Below, piece by piece: positions 49,341 to 59,840 of a DNA stretch of 64,000 nucleotides. Position numbers and translations under genes: made by a program. The stretch spans positions 2,522 to 66,521 of the forward strand of contig CAYTGM010000021.1 of NCBI GenBank assembly GCA_964437365.1. The letters are read 5' to 3'. Each line of letters opens with the position of its first letter. Position 1 is the first letter of the stretch. This DNA comes from an uncultured Candidatus Sumerlaeota bacterium. Its GTDB lineage: Bacteria > Sumerlaeota > Sumerlaeia > SLMS01. The notes under the pieces were generated by a model. It was not told the origin of the DNA. It did no database searches and worked only from the letters and a program-made list of their open reading frames with translations.

Positions 49341-49913
49341 TTAACCGGGCTGAAGTACAACTTCAGGATCCACCTTCTCTTTGAGAAGATTTTCGATTGC
49401 TGAGAGTGTACTCGCCGTCGAAGTTGGACAACTTCCGCAAGCACCCTGATAGCGTATTGTTATGACCTTTCCTTCAATACTGAGCAGCTCTACTCCGCCT
49501 CCATCGCCTGCAAGAGCTGGTCGTATGAACGTGTCCATGATCTCTTCAACTTTTTGGGACATCTCGTCTTTCGGAGCATCGGCGTCTGCTTTTGCTCGTT
49601 CTTCTTTTAAATCAGCAGCGAGCTTATTCGCTGACTCAACATCATATTTTGGGACACTTTCCTCGATCAATTCTCTGATAGCTTTCCAGTCTGCAGAGCG
49701 TGTTCCGCTGACTGAAACAAAATCTTCTGCTATCAGAACGGCATCTACTTCCCCTAAATCAAAAATTGCTTTAGCAAATGGAAAGCGTTCGGCCTGATCA
49801 GCACTCTGGAAGGAAAGTGACTCTCCCTGAGGAGCAAGCTGTGTATCGGTGTGAAACTTAAAGGCGTTTGGGTTTGGAGTTGGTTCGACATGTGACAAAG
49901 CAATTGTAGACAA
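49341..49913 (-). CDS. Nfu/NifU-family Fe-S cluster carrier (NifU_N + NifU_C)
   Basis: EPTPNPNAFKF, IRPALAGDGG, YQGACGSCP; AGGAG RBS before TTG 49913 (ORF track gives 49991). Confidence 0.9.
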   Translation of the reverse strand: MSTIALSHVEPTPNPNAFKFHTDTQLAPQGESLSFQSADQAERFPFAKAIFDLGEVDAVLIAEDFVSVSGTRSADWKAIRELIEESVPKYDVESANKLAADLKEERAKADADAPKDEMSQKVEEIMDTFIRPALAGDGGGVELLSIEGKVITIRYQGACGSCPTSTASTLSAIENLLKEKVDPEVVLQPG

Positions 49914-50007
49914 TTTAGATCTCCTGTAGCTGATGTTTTTTCTGAGCTGCACCAGCTCTTGATAATAATCATTTAAAGGGGCATGAACCATGCCGACGAG
50001 TCCCGAT

Positions 50008-50610
50008 TCAAGCTACATTCTTTTGTTTTCGGCCTCTTTTTCCGGCGCGGTGGCGGGGTCTTGATGCGAGTTGATTATGATAACCCCTCATTTCAAGAAG
50101 ATCGATGGGTACTTTTAACTCACAAATTCGTCCAACCACTGGGAGTGTCGTGCAAATGGTTGCTCTTTTACCCCTTCGCTCAGCGATAATCCCCTGGAGA
50201 CCTTCCATGGGGCCAGAAATCACTTCAACGATTCTTCCCTTAGTTGGGTAGACTGAATGCTCCAGATTATACGCTTTTCGGCCCACTTCACAAAGAATTG
50301 ATATTTCTCTGGAAGGGATCTCGCTCGGATCGTTTCTTCTGGTACCTACCCAATACTCGAAATTTGGAAAATCTTGAATCGTGCGCTTTAATCCTGCCGT
50401 TAAGAGTGTGCAGCCCAGGAAGACGTAATTGTTAAACAAGAGAGGAAATGATCGGTCTCTTCCTGCTTCTCTTACCTCATCAAGAGGGAGAAAGGGCTCT
50501 ACACCATCTAACGAGTCTAAAGTGGAAGCGAGAGCCTTCTCACTTCCTGCCTTCGTATAGATTGCGAACCACTTCTTCTCGCCATGGGAGATCATGTCAT
50601 GAGCTTTCAA
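50008..50610 (-). CDS. Specialised NusG paralogue (RfaH/UpxY/LoaP-like antiterminator)
   Basis: WFAIYTK..SEK, LLFNNYVFL, KOW motif VEVISGPMEGLQG; located in a polysaccharide locus. Confidence 0.85.
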   Translation of the reverse strand: MKAHDMISHGEKKWFAIYTKAGSEKALASTLDSLDGVEPFLPLDEVREAGRDRSFPLLFNNYVFLGCTLLTAGLKRTIQDFPNFEYWVGTRRNDPSEIPSREISILCEVGRKAYNLEHSVYPTKGRIVEVISGPMEGLQGIIAERRGKRATICTTLPVVGRICELKVPIDLLEMRGYHNQLASRPRHRAGKRGRKQKNVA

Positions 50611-50636
50611 CTACATTTTGATACTGCGACTTACCA

Positions 50637-51797
50637 TTAAGGAACCGGCGAGTATGTAGCGTTGACTCCTGTTGAGATCGTCGTTGAGAAGATATCGCCA
50701 ACAACACCAAGAACAGCTCTGACCGGGTGTTCATAGACGAAGACTTGATCATTATCTTTAAGGGCGAAGTCCGGTTCTTTTCGCTCCTTGATATTCTTAG
50801 CGTGAACGAAGAATGATTCCTGAGTTCCATCGGCGTTGGTTCGCACAACCTCTACTCGATGTGCTGCTTTGTATCTTAATCCACCTACTTCATTCATAAC
50901 CTGAGAGAGGGTTCTAAGGCTTGGACCAAGAAAGACAACGCGAGGGCTTCTAACAGGCCCTTGAACATTCACTGTTCCTGCCGGGGGGATATAGATCACA
51001 TCTTCTGGTTCCAAAATGATATTGTAGGTCAGATCACCACCGATAATAAATTCATCCAGAGGAAGAATGATTTCGTCTCGTGGTAAAACTGTTTCACCGT
51101 CATCCGTGAGACGATTGATGAGTTCTTGAGGAGACAACTCCAGGCGTTCTTTCTGAGGGATTTTTTGGCGATATACCTTCAACGTGGAGGCAGGTGGTAG
51201 ACCATCAGAGCGACCACCAAAGGTCAGTCCACCGGCTTTGAAAACAGCATCAAGGACCGTATCACCAACTTCCAGTTCGTAGCGACCTGGTTCTCTCACA
51301 GTCCCAAGGATAGTAAACTGGTTCTGATAATACTTTTCTATTCTAAGTATAGGTTGTGGATCTATAGTGAACTCATCAAAGGCAACTCGAATATCTTCCT
51401 GCAGTTGAGCTGCAGTTTTTCCATGGGCCTTGATCCAGCCGACATAGGGAAGAGTGATTCCTGGATCCTGTGTAACAGGGATTTCGAGTCCAGTAATGAT
51501 TTCCTCATCATCACTCTGGTTCAAGACTTCCGGATCTACGAACGACAATGACAGGATATCTCCAGGGCCAATAACATATTCCGTTCGCTCGGGAATTTGC
51601 ATCGCAGCAATATTGAGTTGTTTAAATCTTTCAATGAGGTTGTCCTCAATAGGATCGATCGGCGGTGGTACGAATCGACTATTGGGTCCGCGGGTTCCGC
51701 AGGAGGCCAAGAGGGTGATGAACGATAAAAGGACTAGAAACGATGACACAAAACGCATATTGATGGATCCATTCTCTTTCGGACTAAACAGGGTCAC
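50637..51797 (-). CDS. wza: Polysaccharide export lipoprotein (Wza/Poly_export + SLBB)
   Basis: Lipobox LASC, YVIGPGD, ITLPYVG, G.VREPG.Y, repeated SLBB domains. Confidence 0.85.
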   Translation of the reverse strand: MTLFSPKENGSINMRFVSSFLVLLSFITLLASCGTRGPNSRFVPPPIDPIEDNLIERFKQLNIAAMQIPERTEYVIGPGDILSLSFVDPEVLNQSDDEEIITGLEIPVTQDPGITLPYVGWIKAHGKTAAQLQEDIRVAFDEFTIDPQPILRIEKYYQNQFTILGTVREPGRYELEVGDTVLDAVFKAGGLTFGGRSDGLPPASTLKVYRQKIPQKERLELSPQELINRLTDDGETVLPRDEIILPLDEFIIGGDLTYNIILEPEDVIYIPPAGTVNVQGPVRSPRVVFLGPSLRTLSQVMNEVGGLRYKAAHRVEVVRTNADGTQESFFVHAKNIKERKEPDFALKDNDQVFVYEHPVRAVLGVVGDIFSTTISTGVNATYSPVP

Positions 51798-53010
51798 TGA
51801 TCGATGTTGCTAGTTTTTTTGAACTGCTATTATTTGATGTTCTCTCGTGCACACGGTATTCATTTAATTCCGCACTTTCGCGGGCTCTCAGAACCGAAAG
51901 AAAGGCAACATTCTCAATGAGCAGAAGAAGCCCGCAAAACAAAAAGGATGCATTCAGGAGAGTCAAGAGCGGTGCCTCTGCTTTCTCGAGCGTGTATGCT
52001 GTCAAACCAAGATAAGCAGTCACAAACCAGAGGATCCAGACAACTCTCTTTTGTGACAAGCCCAGACTCAATAATCGATGGTGAATATGTTCTTTATCGG
52101 GTGCAAAAGGATGCTGACCACGACGAGTCCGCCTGATAATGGCGATCCCAATATCTACAACAGGAACCGCTATACAGAGCAGAGGAATCAACAGTGTGAG
52201 AACTGCTGTGCTCTTTGTACCCGTTGCCAGCGTTGAATAGGCAAGTAGATACCCAAGTAAGAGAGACCCCGTATCACCAAGAAAGATTTTCGCTGGATGA
52301 TAGTTGTGGAAGAGAAAACCAAGACAGGCTCCCGCCGTTAGGACCGGTATCAGTAGGAGAATGGATTGATCGTAGCCAAAAATAATCGACGCCAGAACAA
52401 TAGAAGCAATAGCACATATACCAGAGCACAAACCATCCAGGCCGTCGATAATATTGACAGCATTCATGAGCCCAACCACCCAGAAAACCGTAAGAAAATG
52501 GCTCCAGAATGAGAGCTCAAGAGTTCCGCTTGCAGCGAAAGGCCAGCTGATCGATTCGAGACGAAGCCCTCCAAGACTCATCACAAGACCGACAATAATC
52601 TGGCCTGCGAGCTTAAATGAAGCCCTCATTGAATAGACATCATCGAGTATACCTATACCAATAATGAGCAACGCACCGATGATCAGGACTATCAATTCGT
52701 GACTTCTCGCCTGGAAGAAAGATGGCGCACCCAACGCAGTTAAAGATAAAGTAATAATGATTCCGCCAAAGACAGCAAGACCACCAAGTCGAGGTGTCGG
52801 TTTCAAGTGAACGCGCCGGGCGTCGGGCTTATCCATTGCTCCCACCCGACTCGCCAGTTTACCCGCTAAGGGTGTCAGGAGGAGAGTGATCAGTGCTGCT
52901 ACGGCTCCGGCGATAGTCATAACGATCCATGCCGGTATGGATCCGAATACTGTTTGTAGAGGGGTCATAAAAAAACTCTTATAGCTTAGACCATTCCCCT
53001 CTGCTGCCAC
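51784..53010 (-). CDS. wecA: Undecaprenyl-phosphate GlcNAc-1-phosphate transferase (WecA/TagO, MraY family)
   Basis: PTPRLGG, GILDD, NAVNIIDGLDGL, FLGDTG, DKEHIHH. Confidence 0.85.
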   Translation of the reverse strand: MAAEGNGLSYKSFFMTPLQTVFGSIPAWIVMTIAGAVAALITLLLTPLAGKLASRVGAMDKPDARRVHLKPTPRLGGLAVFGGIIITLSLTALGAPSFFQARSHELIVLIIGALLIIGIGILDDVYSMRASFKLAGQIIVGLVMSLGGLRLESISWPFAASGTLELSFWSHFLTVFWVVGLMNAVNIIDGLDGLCSGICAIASIVLASIIFGYDQSILLLIPVLTAGACLGFLFHNYHPAKIFLGDTGSLLLGYLLAYSTLATGTKSTAVLTLLIPLLCIAVPVVDIGIAIIRRTRRGQHPFAPDKEHIHHRLLSLGLSQKRVVWILWFVTAYLGLTAYTLEKAEAPLLTLLNASFLFCGLLLLIENVAFLSVLRARESAELNEYRVHERTSNNSSSKKLATSISDPV

Positions 53011-53031
53011 CGCAGAGGAAAAATCCTTTAT

Positions 53032-55398
53032 TTAGTCAACCTTTGAATCTGCGAGAACCTTTTCCTCGTAATCATCTTCTGGCTGTTGTTCATAGCGATA
53101 GCTGTAATGTCCGTAACCATAGCCGTACTGGTAACCATAGTAACCTTTACCTCTGTTCTGAACGGTATTGTTGTAAACAATTCCCAGTATTGGGGCATCC
53201 AGAGAACGAAGTTTTTCAACAGTTCTTTTAAGGACCTCGATAAGTGTACTCCCCTGCTTAACAACAAGGGCCAAACCATCTACTCTCTTCGAGAGTACAA
53301 GAGCGTCTGCCATTCCGTGAGCAGGCGCAGAATCCAGGATAATCATGGAGTAGCGATCTCTTAACCGCTCGATCAATTCTTTCATCGCATGACTTTCAAG
53401 AAGTGTTATTGGAGAGGGAGTAATTAGACCTGCAGGCAGCATTTCCAAGTTCTTAAACTCTGTTGGAACAATTGCCTCATCCAAACTCGTTTGTCCTGTC
53501 AATACATCAGATAACCCTGGCATTTTCGGTACGTCGAAGATTTTGTGAAGACTTGGCCTCTTCAAATCGCAGTCAATTAGAAGAGTTTTCTTACCTTGTT
53601 CAGCGTAGATGATAGACAAGTTCGAAGAAACAGTTGATTTACCTTCCTGGGGAAAACAACTCGTCACAAGAATCACCTGTGGCGGGTGTTCGGCACTTGA
53701 ATACTGTACCGAGGTTCTAAGGTACCTAAATGCCTCGGCTTCATTCTCCTTTGAATCAGGATTGAGCAGCTGGACAGGACGACGCCCTTTTTTCTTTTGA
53801 AAAAGAGATTTCTTTCCACGCTGTTTCAGAAAGGGTACAAAACCAAGAGTAGGAAGACCGAGCTTTGCTTCGATCATGTTTGGGTTCTTCACAGAGCGAT
53901 CAAGGTACGTTAACCCGAAGACAATGACAGAACCAACGGCGAATCCGAAAATCGTGAAAAGGATCATCGTCTTCGTCAGATTAGGTGAGGTTGGCGCCGT
54001 TGCAATCGTCCCACGTGTAACGATCGTAACGTTTGTTGGATCGACGTCGTCCTTAATCTCAACCTGTTCATATTCCTGGAGGAGCTTTTTCAAGTTTGCA
54101 TCAAGGATCTGCTCTCGTGTCCTAAGCTTACTGAAGTCTTCCATCAGGGGATCGTATTTACTGACCGATTTCTTGTGACTCTCCAACCGATCAGTTAACG
54201 CTGCGATTTTATTCTCAGCAAGGATGAGTTCCCCCTTGATAATTTCTTTCAACTCATCACGTCGCGCCTTCATGTTTTCAAGAATCAGCTCACGTTGCTT
54301 CAAAAGTCGTTGAACGTCAGGATGCCTATCTTCGAATTTTGAACGCTCTTGTGCGATAAGCATTTCAAGCTCATCAAACTGCTCTTTCATCCTTTGATAA
54401 CGAGCACTGTCAAGAAGGAGGAGTTCTTCTGTCGTTTCATTATCGATATTATTTACCTTGGCTTCCAGCAATGCTTTGTCATTCAATTCTTTTTCAATTT
54501 CTCGAATTAGTTCTGAATGCGTTGTATTAGCAATCTGGTAAGCCTCATCAATCGCACGTATATCGTGCTTCTGATTGAAAGCATAGATTTGTTCGCGTAG
54601 TCTATCAAGATCATCGTTTCTCTTCTGAATCTGTTTTTCAAGATACTCGAGTGCATATCGGAAACGTTCAGCGTTTTCGTCTATGTCATTTTCTTTGAAC
54701 TGTTCAGCAAACTCGTTAGCAATTCTGGATGCACGAGTTGGATCGTTACTGCGAACGGTTATATCAATCAACTTGGTGTTGGGTCTCTGAATCACAGAAA
54801 CAGAATTCAAGAGTCCTAACGCAGCCTGCTGACCATCGAGGATATCTTTGTCTATAACTGGCTCAGGATAGGAAACGATTCTCTTCCTGACTTCGAGTGC
54901 AAATTCTCGGATAGATTCCCGCAAGACCTTAAGAGGTGAAGTCTCATCTACTTCCTTTGAGATATTCCTGTACTGATGACCAATAGCATCAATCACACGA
55001 TTTGCAATCTTTGGACTCTTAATCAGAGCAACAGCTGTCTGTATTTCATCCCTCTGATAGTAAACCTGGGAGCGCTCTCCACCGAAATTCACAATCTGAG
55101 CCGCTGTGGGCTCATACTTGATCGTTGCTGTTGATGTGTAAACGGGAGTCGTGCGATTGACCTGAAATGCACCCAGACAGCCTGCAACGATGATACAGAA
55201 AACGATCAACCAGCGTCTTTGCCACAGTGGCTGAAGATAGGTTTCGATTCCTTGCGCTGAATCTGCTGAGTTCTCATCATCAGATCCTCCAGATTGTCCA
55301 TCAGGACCCATCATCGGTATCATCACCGACTGAGTTGTTGGCCCCAGAGATTTGATAAATGAGTTCTCTTGAGAGTTACCTTTTTTTTCGATATCCAA
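53032..55398 (-). CDS. wzc: Polysaccharide co-polymerase / BY tyrosine kinase (Wzc)
   Basis: Two TMs flanking a coiled coil, EAFRYLRT, PQEGKST, IDCDLKRP, DSAP, Tyr-rich tail GYYGYQYGYGYGHYSY. Confidence 0.9.
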   Translation of the reverse strand: MDIEKKGNSQENSFIKSLGPTTQSVMIPMMGPDGQSGGSDDENSADSAQGIETYLQPLWQRRWLIVFCIIVAGCLGAFQVNRTTPVYTSTATIKYEPTAAQIVNFGGERSQVYYQRDEIQTAVALIKSPKIANRVIDAIGHQYRNISKEVDETSPLKVLRESIREFALEVRKRIVSYPEPVIDKDILDGQQAALGLLNSVSVIQRPNTKLIDITVRSNDPTRASRIANEFAEQFKENDIDENAERFRYALEYLEKQIQKRNDDLDRLREQIYAFNQKHDIRAIDEAYQIANTTHSELIREIEKELNDKALLEAKVNNIDNETTEELLLLDSARYQRMKEQFDELEMLIAQERSKFEDRHPDVQRLLKQRELILENMKARRDELKEIIKGELILAENKIAALTDRLESHKKSVSKYDPLMEDFSKLRTREQILDANLKKLLQEYEQVEIKDDVDPTNVTIVTRGTIATAPTSPNLTKTMILFTIFGFAVGSVIVFGLTYLDRSVKNPNMIEAKLGLPTLGFVPFLKQRGKKSLFQKKKGRRPVQLLNPDSKENEAEAFRYLRTSVQYSSAEHPPQVILVTSCFPQEGKSTVSSNLSIIYAEQGKKTLLIDCDLKRPSLHKIFDVPKMPGLSDVLTGQTSLDEAIVPTEFKNLEMLPAGLITPSPITLLESHAMKELIERLRDRYSMIILDSAPAHGMADALVLSKRVDGLALVVKQGSTLIEVLKRTVEKLRSLDAPILGIVYNNTVQNRGKGYYGYQYGYGYGHYSYRYEQQPEDDYEEKVLADSKVD

Positions 55399-55495
55399 GA
55401 CTTCCGTACCTTTACTCTTTCGTGTTTATTATTGCTCGTTTTTTTTCAAAGCAGCGATCATTCAATTTCTCTCTCATAACCCTCTCTTCAGCCTT

Positions 55496-57106
55496 TTATT
55501 GCCTCCTGTCGAGGCTAAAGACTCTCCTCCGCCGACTACTCAGCTGATCTCCCATGACCCACCGGGTTCCGCGACCAAAAAACAAAGCGACAAGAATCAA
55601 AAACTGAAATGAAACCAGTGGAATTCGAAGGTGAAACTCACCAAGTGCATGGATTAACCCAACAAGAATACCTGCCAGAGAAGCTCTCATCAGAAGCCGA
55701 TCCTGCCAACTGGACCTCTTAGTCTTAAGTTCCCACCAGTCACGAGAAGAGCGGATCATGAAAAACAGGATAATCCCGGACCCGATTATAAAGGGAAGTC
55801 CCAATTCACTAACAATCTGAGCCCAATCGCTGTGAGTCCAAACAGCGATCTTCCGCCCTGTAACATTTTCAGACAAATGACGATTAATAGAGAACTCAGC
55901 ACCTCTCAATCCGACCCCCAGAAAATAAGTCTCCGGAAGACCCTTCAAGGTTGCAACGGACAACTCTGTCCTTCCGCCGAACGATAAGAAGGAATCACTG
56001 CGGCCTCTTTCAATTCTCTCCGAAAGTCCCCCATGCATAAATGAGAAGGCGACAAGGAAGATGAACACACCAAGAGCAATTACCAGCTTGTCCTTTGGAA
56101 CTTCCCGCAAGAGTCCACTAATCGTTGCCTGTGTTGACCGAGATTCCATGGCTTCTTTCCATTCATGCCATACCTCTATCATTACCCAGACAATGACCAC
56201 CATCGCAGTGGTTAAGATAGATCCACGTGAGAAGGAAACAAACCATCCAATTGCACCTACCAGAAAGACACCACTCATGGCGACAACCTGATCTGAACGA
56301 TGAGTCCCAAGACGTGCCCACTCACTACCCCTGATCGAGTAAAGGACCCCAATGGAAAGCATCAGAGACATCGCGATGAAAGCAGCGTGGTGATTGGGAT
56401 TATAGATCACCCCATAGGTTCGTTCCTCACCACCTAATGCGAATTTCAAGAATCCAATCAACCCTTCAAGCAGGCCACCTACTACAACCAGCGCCACAAG
56501 CGTGCGGGCGCCTCCTTTGCGGGAAGCCAAAGCCAGGGCACCGAGAAAGAAGGCCGTTGCTGCTACCAGTTGATGCCAGGACCTCAGACCTTGCTCGGGA
56601 CTCGTGGCCAGTGTAATATGAGAGGGAAAGTCGATACCTGAGGCATCATAAGAAGCTTTTATGTCACTCCAGATTGGGGACAGCGTGAGAATGAGTCCAG
56701 AAGGCAGCGGAAGGAGCTGCAAACCTGACCAGATAATCATGAAAAACAGAAGTAGAACGATATACTCAACGGGATTACGAAACGTTGTTTTCCGCTTGTT
56801 GAGTGTATAGAAGAGACAGCCCCAACTACCAAGCAGGGCACAGGCAAACCAGGCAACGCCACGATGAATGTCATCATCTACAAGTCCATAGTGGAAAAAA
56901 CCATAAACATATATCAGAGTCACAAGAATAGCGCCGACAATTCCAAGAAGGCCAAGCGGAGCCCTTCCCGGTGAATGCTCGCGGCTCGAACTTCTTCTCG
57001 ATGATCTTCTTACCGATCTGGACTCGAGTTCGTCCTCAGCCTCTTCGTTATCACTCTGGTCTTCGTATGTATCATCCATGGCTTCTTTTCGCATACCTGT
57101 ACTCAT
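55496..57106 (-). CDS. O-antigen ligase / Wzy_C family membrane protein
   Basis: WSGLQLLPLP, YNPNHHA, SFSRGS, GVGL, HSDWAQ..SELG, EFHLRIP. Confidence 0.8.
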   Translation of the reverse strand: MSTGMRKEAMDDTYEDQSDNEEAEDELESRSVRRSSRRSSSREHSPGRAPLGLLGIVGAILVTLIYVYGFFHYGLVDDDIHRGVAWFACALLGSWGCLFYTLNKRKTTFRNPVEYIVLLLFFMIIWSGLQLLPLPSGLILTLSPIWSDIKASYDASGIDFPSHITLATSPEQGLRSWHQLVAATAFFLGALALASRKGGARTLVALVVVGGLLEGLIGFLKFALGGEERTYGVIYNPNHHAAFIAMSLMLSIGVLYSIRGSEWARLGTHRSDQVVAMSGVFLVGAIGWFVSFSRGSILTTAMVVIVWVMIEVWHEWKEAMESRSTQATISGLLREVPKDKLVIALGVFIFLVAFSFMHGGLSERIERGRSDSFLSFGGRTELSVATLKGLPETYFLGVGLRGAEFSINRHLSENVTGRKIAVWTHSDWAQIVSELGLPFIIGSGIILFFMIRSSRDWWELKTKRSSWQDRLLMRASLAGILVGLIHALGEFHLRIPLVSFQFLILVALFFGRGTRWVMGDQLSSRRRRVFSLDRRQ

Positions 57107-58419
57107 TTGTCCTCACCTCTGTCAGATGAACGGACTTGAATCGAATCAACCCAGATATTGATCCGATCTTCGTACATCGCCTTATTTGAGACTCGACGCA
57201 GCCGTATCTCGATCACTTCGCCCTCATCACGAGGATCGACCACCATCGACAGGTCTTTCCAGCGTCGGTCTTCCCAGGTAACTGGTCTGCTGTTCTCCCA
57301 GCGGCCATTAGCTCTGACGGTCATCAAACAGGAAGTTGAAGTATGAGGAGCAACCATCAGACGGAGTGAAATCTCAATTGGACCTGTTTTTGGCGGCACA
57401 GGAAGAACATAAATCGGCCAGCTGAAGTTTGAGCGATTCTCAAGATTATCTGCATAGACATAAAGATTGTAGATACCTCGAACATCAGTCTCGAGACTTT
57501 CTTCTGTTTCTTCATACCAGCGTGTATCAGACCACGCTCTCTCCTGCAACTCTTGCCAACCTAGAGAAAAGTCATTATCTAAAGGATTCTTAAGTAAATC
57601 CGGGTTATCGATATACATACCGCTGACACTCGAAATGGGAACCATTTCCTGAGAGTTCACTCTCCAAATTCGGAAAAGCTGATCGTAGACGATTGGCTCA
57701 ATTGAAGCCAATTTCACGAACTCACGTTTAATCGAAACCTCAGACAATAAGTCATTAGAGACTGCTTCCAGAAGATCCCGGCGGTGGTCTACACTTGAAG
57801 AACTGGCGGAGGCCAGTACTCCCGCAAGATAATCAGGCTCCAGCTGGTTCAGATTCAGTTTCTCGAAAATCTCCAAAGGAGAATATCCGATTTGGCGCAG
57901 GGCTCGTGCTGCTTCGGCTCTTCCTTGTGAATCTAACTCTGATAGCTGCAAAGCAAGCTTCTCCGCATCCTCATCCCGATCCAAAAGCCCAAGTATCTGT
58001 ATGCCCTGCTGTCTGGGAACAGGGTTCGACGGATGAAGGTCATTGGCCGTTTCCAGAGAGGCGACCGCCTCCTCTTCGCTCCCGCTAAAGAGTTGATGAC
58101 GAGAGAGATTCATCCATAAATCTGCCCTCAGTGGTCTGAGGTTAATGGCCTCATTCAATAACCCTACCCCTCGCTCATGGTCGCTGGGGAAGTATTCATC
58201 CGCGTAGAAACTTGCTGCATCCGAGAAATTGCGGACACTGGGATACACTACTTCAGGACTCTCATCGGAAAAATAAGCTTCGGCGCCAAGCTCGCGCCTC
58301 TCCGAAGCATATTCCTTGATCTCCTGGTTCTTGTAAAAATTCCAACCCCATGGGAGTAACAGCCCGGCTGGAATGATACCCAGAAACAACCGTTTGAGTT
58401 GCATCAGCTTTTTGGACAT
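57103..58419 (-). CDS. Membrane-anchored TPR-repeat protein with C-terminal beta-sandwich
   Basis: N-terminal TM, TPR-like AINLRP...W..L...G..EEA...A..LHP; overlaps the ligase start. Confidence 0.6.
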   Translation of the reverse strand: MSKKLMQLKRLFLGIIPAGLLLPWGWNFYKNQEIKEYASERRELGAEAYFSDESPEVVYPSVRNFSDAASFYADEYFPSDHERGVGLLNEAINLRPLRADLWMNLSRHQLFSGSEEEAVASLETANDLHPSNPVPRQQGIQILGLLDRDEDAEKLALQLSELDSQGRAEAARALRQIGYSPLEIFEKLNLNQLEPDYLAGVLASASSSSVDHRRDLLEAVSNDLLSEVSIKREFVKLASIEPIVYDQLFRIWRVNSQEMVPISSVSGMYIDNPDLLKNPLDNDFSLGWQELQERAWSDTRWYEETEESLETDVRGIYNLYVYADNLENRSNFSWPIYVLPVPPKTGPIEISLRLMVAPHTSTSCLMTVRANGRWENSRPVTWEDRRWKDLSMVVDPRDEGEVIEIRLRRVSNKAMYEDRINIWVDSIQVRSSDRGEDK

Positions 58420-58538
58420 TAATTAGCAGGTCCCGTCAAAAAAGAAATTAGACCATGATCCTGTATAGATCACGGTCTAAAGAGCTTGGGAAAGTCAAAA
58501 CAAAAGAAAGTAAAGGCATTTTCTCTGCAAGAAGGTGT

Positions 58539-59840
58539 CTAGCTGGTTTCTCTGGCCGGCCGCTGTGCCCCCCCAGAAGAAGTCGCATAGTTCAATGTGC
58601 TATGTGCAAGCTGGCGAACTCCGCGGATACCTGGAAGCAAACCTTCTTTCTCCAGCATTAAAGAAAACTTACGAACACTGATCACCTGATCAAAATGTCT
58701 CAGGAAATATGTACGACCTTTTTCTCCCATTTCAGTAGCGAGACTTCGATTTCTGGAAAGCTCTCTAACTGCGTTGGAAAAAGCTTCGGCATTTCCTGGC
58801 TCAACGATCAGACCACATCCCGAGTCCTTAATAATGCGTCCTACTTCACAATCATCACTTCCAACGAACAGAACGGGCTTGGCAGATGCCATGATCCCGT
58901 AAAGTTTGCTCGGAACAAGAAGACCATCGTATTTCTTTTGCAGAGTAATCAAGTGCGCGTCAGGAGCTGACAATGACTGAGCAAGAACCTTTCGATCCTG
59001 ATAAGGAAGGAATTGAACGTGATCATTCTTTTCAAGGCTCCGCTGAATAAAGTCTTTCTGACGTCCACCACCAACAAAAGCAAAGTCGACGTGATCTTCC
59101 TCTTTAAGACTATCTATACCTTCAACAACTTCTTTGAAAGAGTGACATGTTCCCATATTCCCGGAATACATGATGGTGAAACGCGACTCGTCGAAATGAG
59201 CTTTAGCAAAGGCGTTGTCATCGCGCTCAATGGGATAAATCTCTTCACTGCTGGCCCAGCTTTGAATGACGTTGATCTTGGAAGACTTAACACCCTTTCC
59301 TTCAATCACTGCTTTCATATCATGGCCGAGAACAACAACACGATTCGCAGTCAGATAAGATAACCGACCGAGAGTAGACCAGATGACCTTCGCGGGACCT
59401 ATCTTCGAAAGAACTCCAGCTTTAACAGCGATATCCGGGTATATATCCATCACCCAGTAAATGAAGCGTGTCTTGCGGAAAACCCGTAGCCAGGTTCCCA
59501 GCAAGGAGATCAGAGGAGGGGTCGTCAACGTGACGACCACATCACAACGGGGAATCATGTGAATCTTCAGAAAAGCTTTCAAGTAGAACGATATATATCC
59601 CATGAACCTTTGACGGAGGCGATCACGCTTTCCGTTTGTGAGGTTGATACGATGAACATGAACACCGTTGAGAACTTCGTACTTGGGAAGCTCGATATCA
59701 CGGCCGTCGTAAAGCGAGCGACTTGTCAATACATGAACTTCATGCCCATCCTGAGCTAGACTTTCACACAAGTCACTCAGCTGCTGGGCTGTCGCTGCGA
59801 AATCTGGCGAATAATACTGGTTAATGAAGAGAAAACGCAT
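58539..59840 (-). CDS. GT4 glycosyltransferase (WcaI/WbuB-like)
   Basis: NQYYSPD, TTPP, DIYPD, YSGNMG, VPSKLYGIMA. Confidence 0.88.
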   Translation of the reverse strand: MRFLFINQYYSPDFAATAQQLSDLCESLAQDGHEVHVLTSRSLYDGRDIELPKYEVLNGVHVHRINLTNGKRDRLRQRFMGYISFYLKAFLKIHMIPRCDVVVTLTTPPLISLLGTWLRVFRKTRFIYWVMDIYPDIAVKAGVLSKIGPAKVIWSTLGRLSYLTANRVVVLGHDMKAVIEGKGVKSSKINVIQSWASSEEIYPIERDDNAFAKAHFDESRFTIMYSGNMGTCHSFKEVVEGIDSLKEEDHVDFAFVGGGRQKDFIQRSLEKNDHVQFLPYQDRKVLAQSLSAPDAHLITLQKKYDGLLVPSKLYGIMASAKPVLFVGSDDCEVGRIIKDSGCGLIVEPGNAEAFSNAVRELSRNRSLATEMGEKGRTYFLRHFDQVISVRKFSLMLEKEGLLPGIRGVRQLAHSTLNYATSSGGAQRPARETS

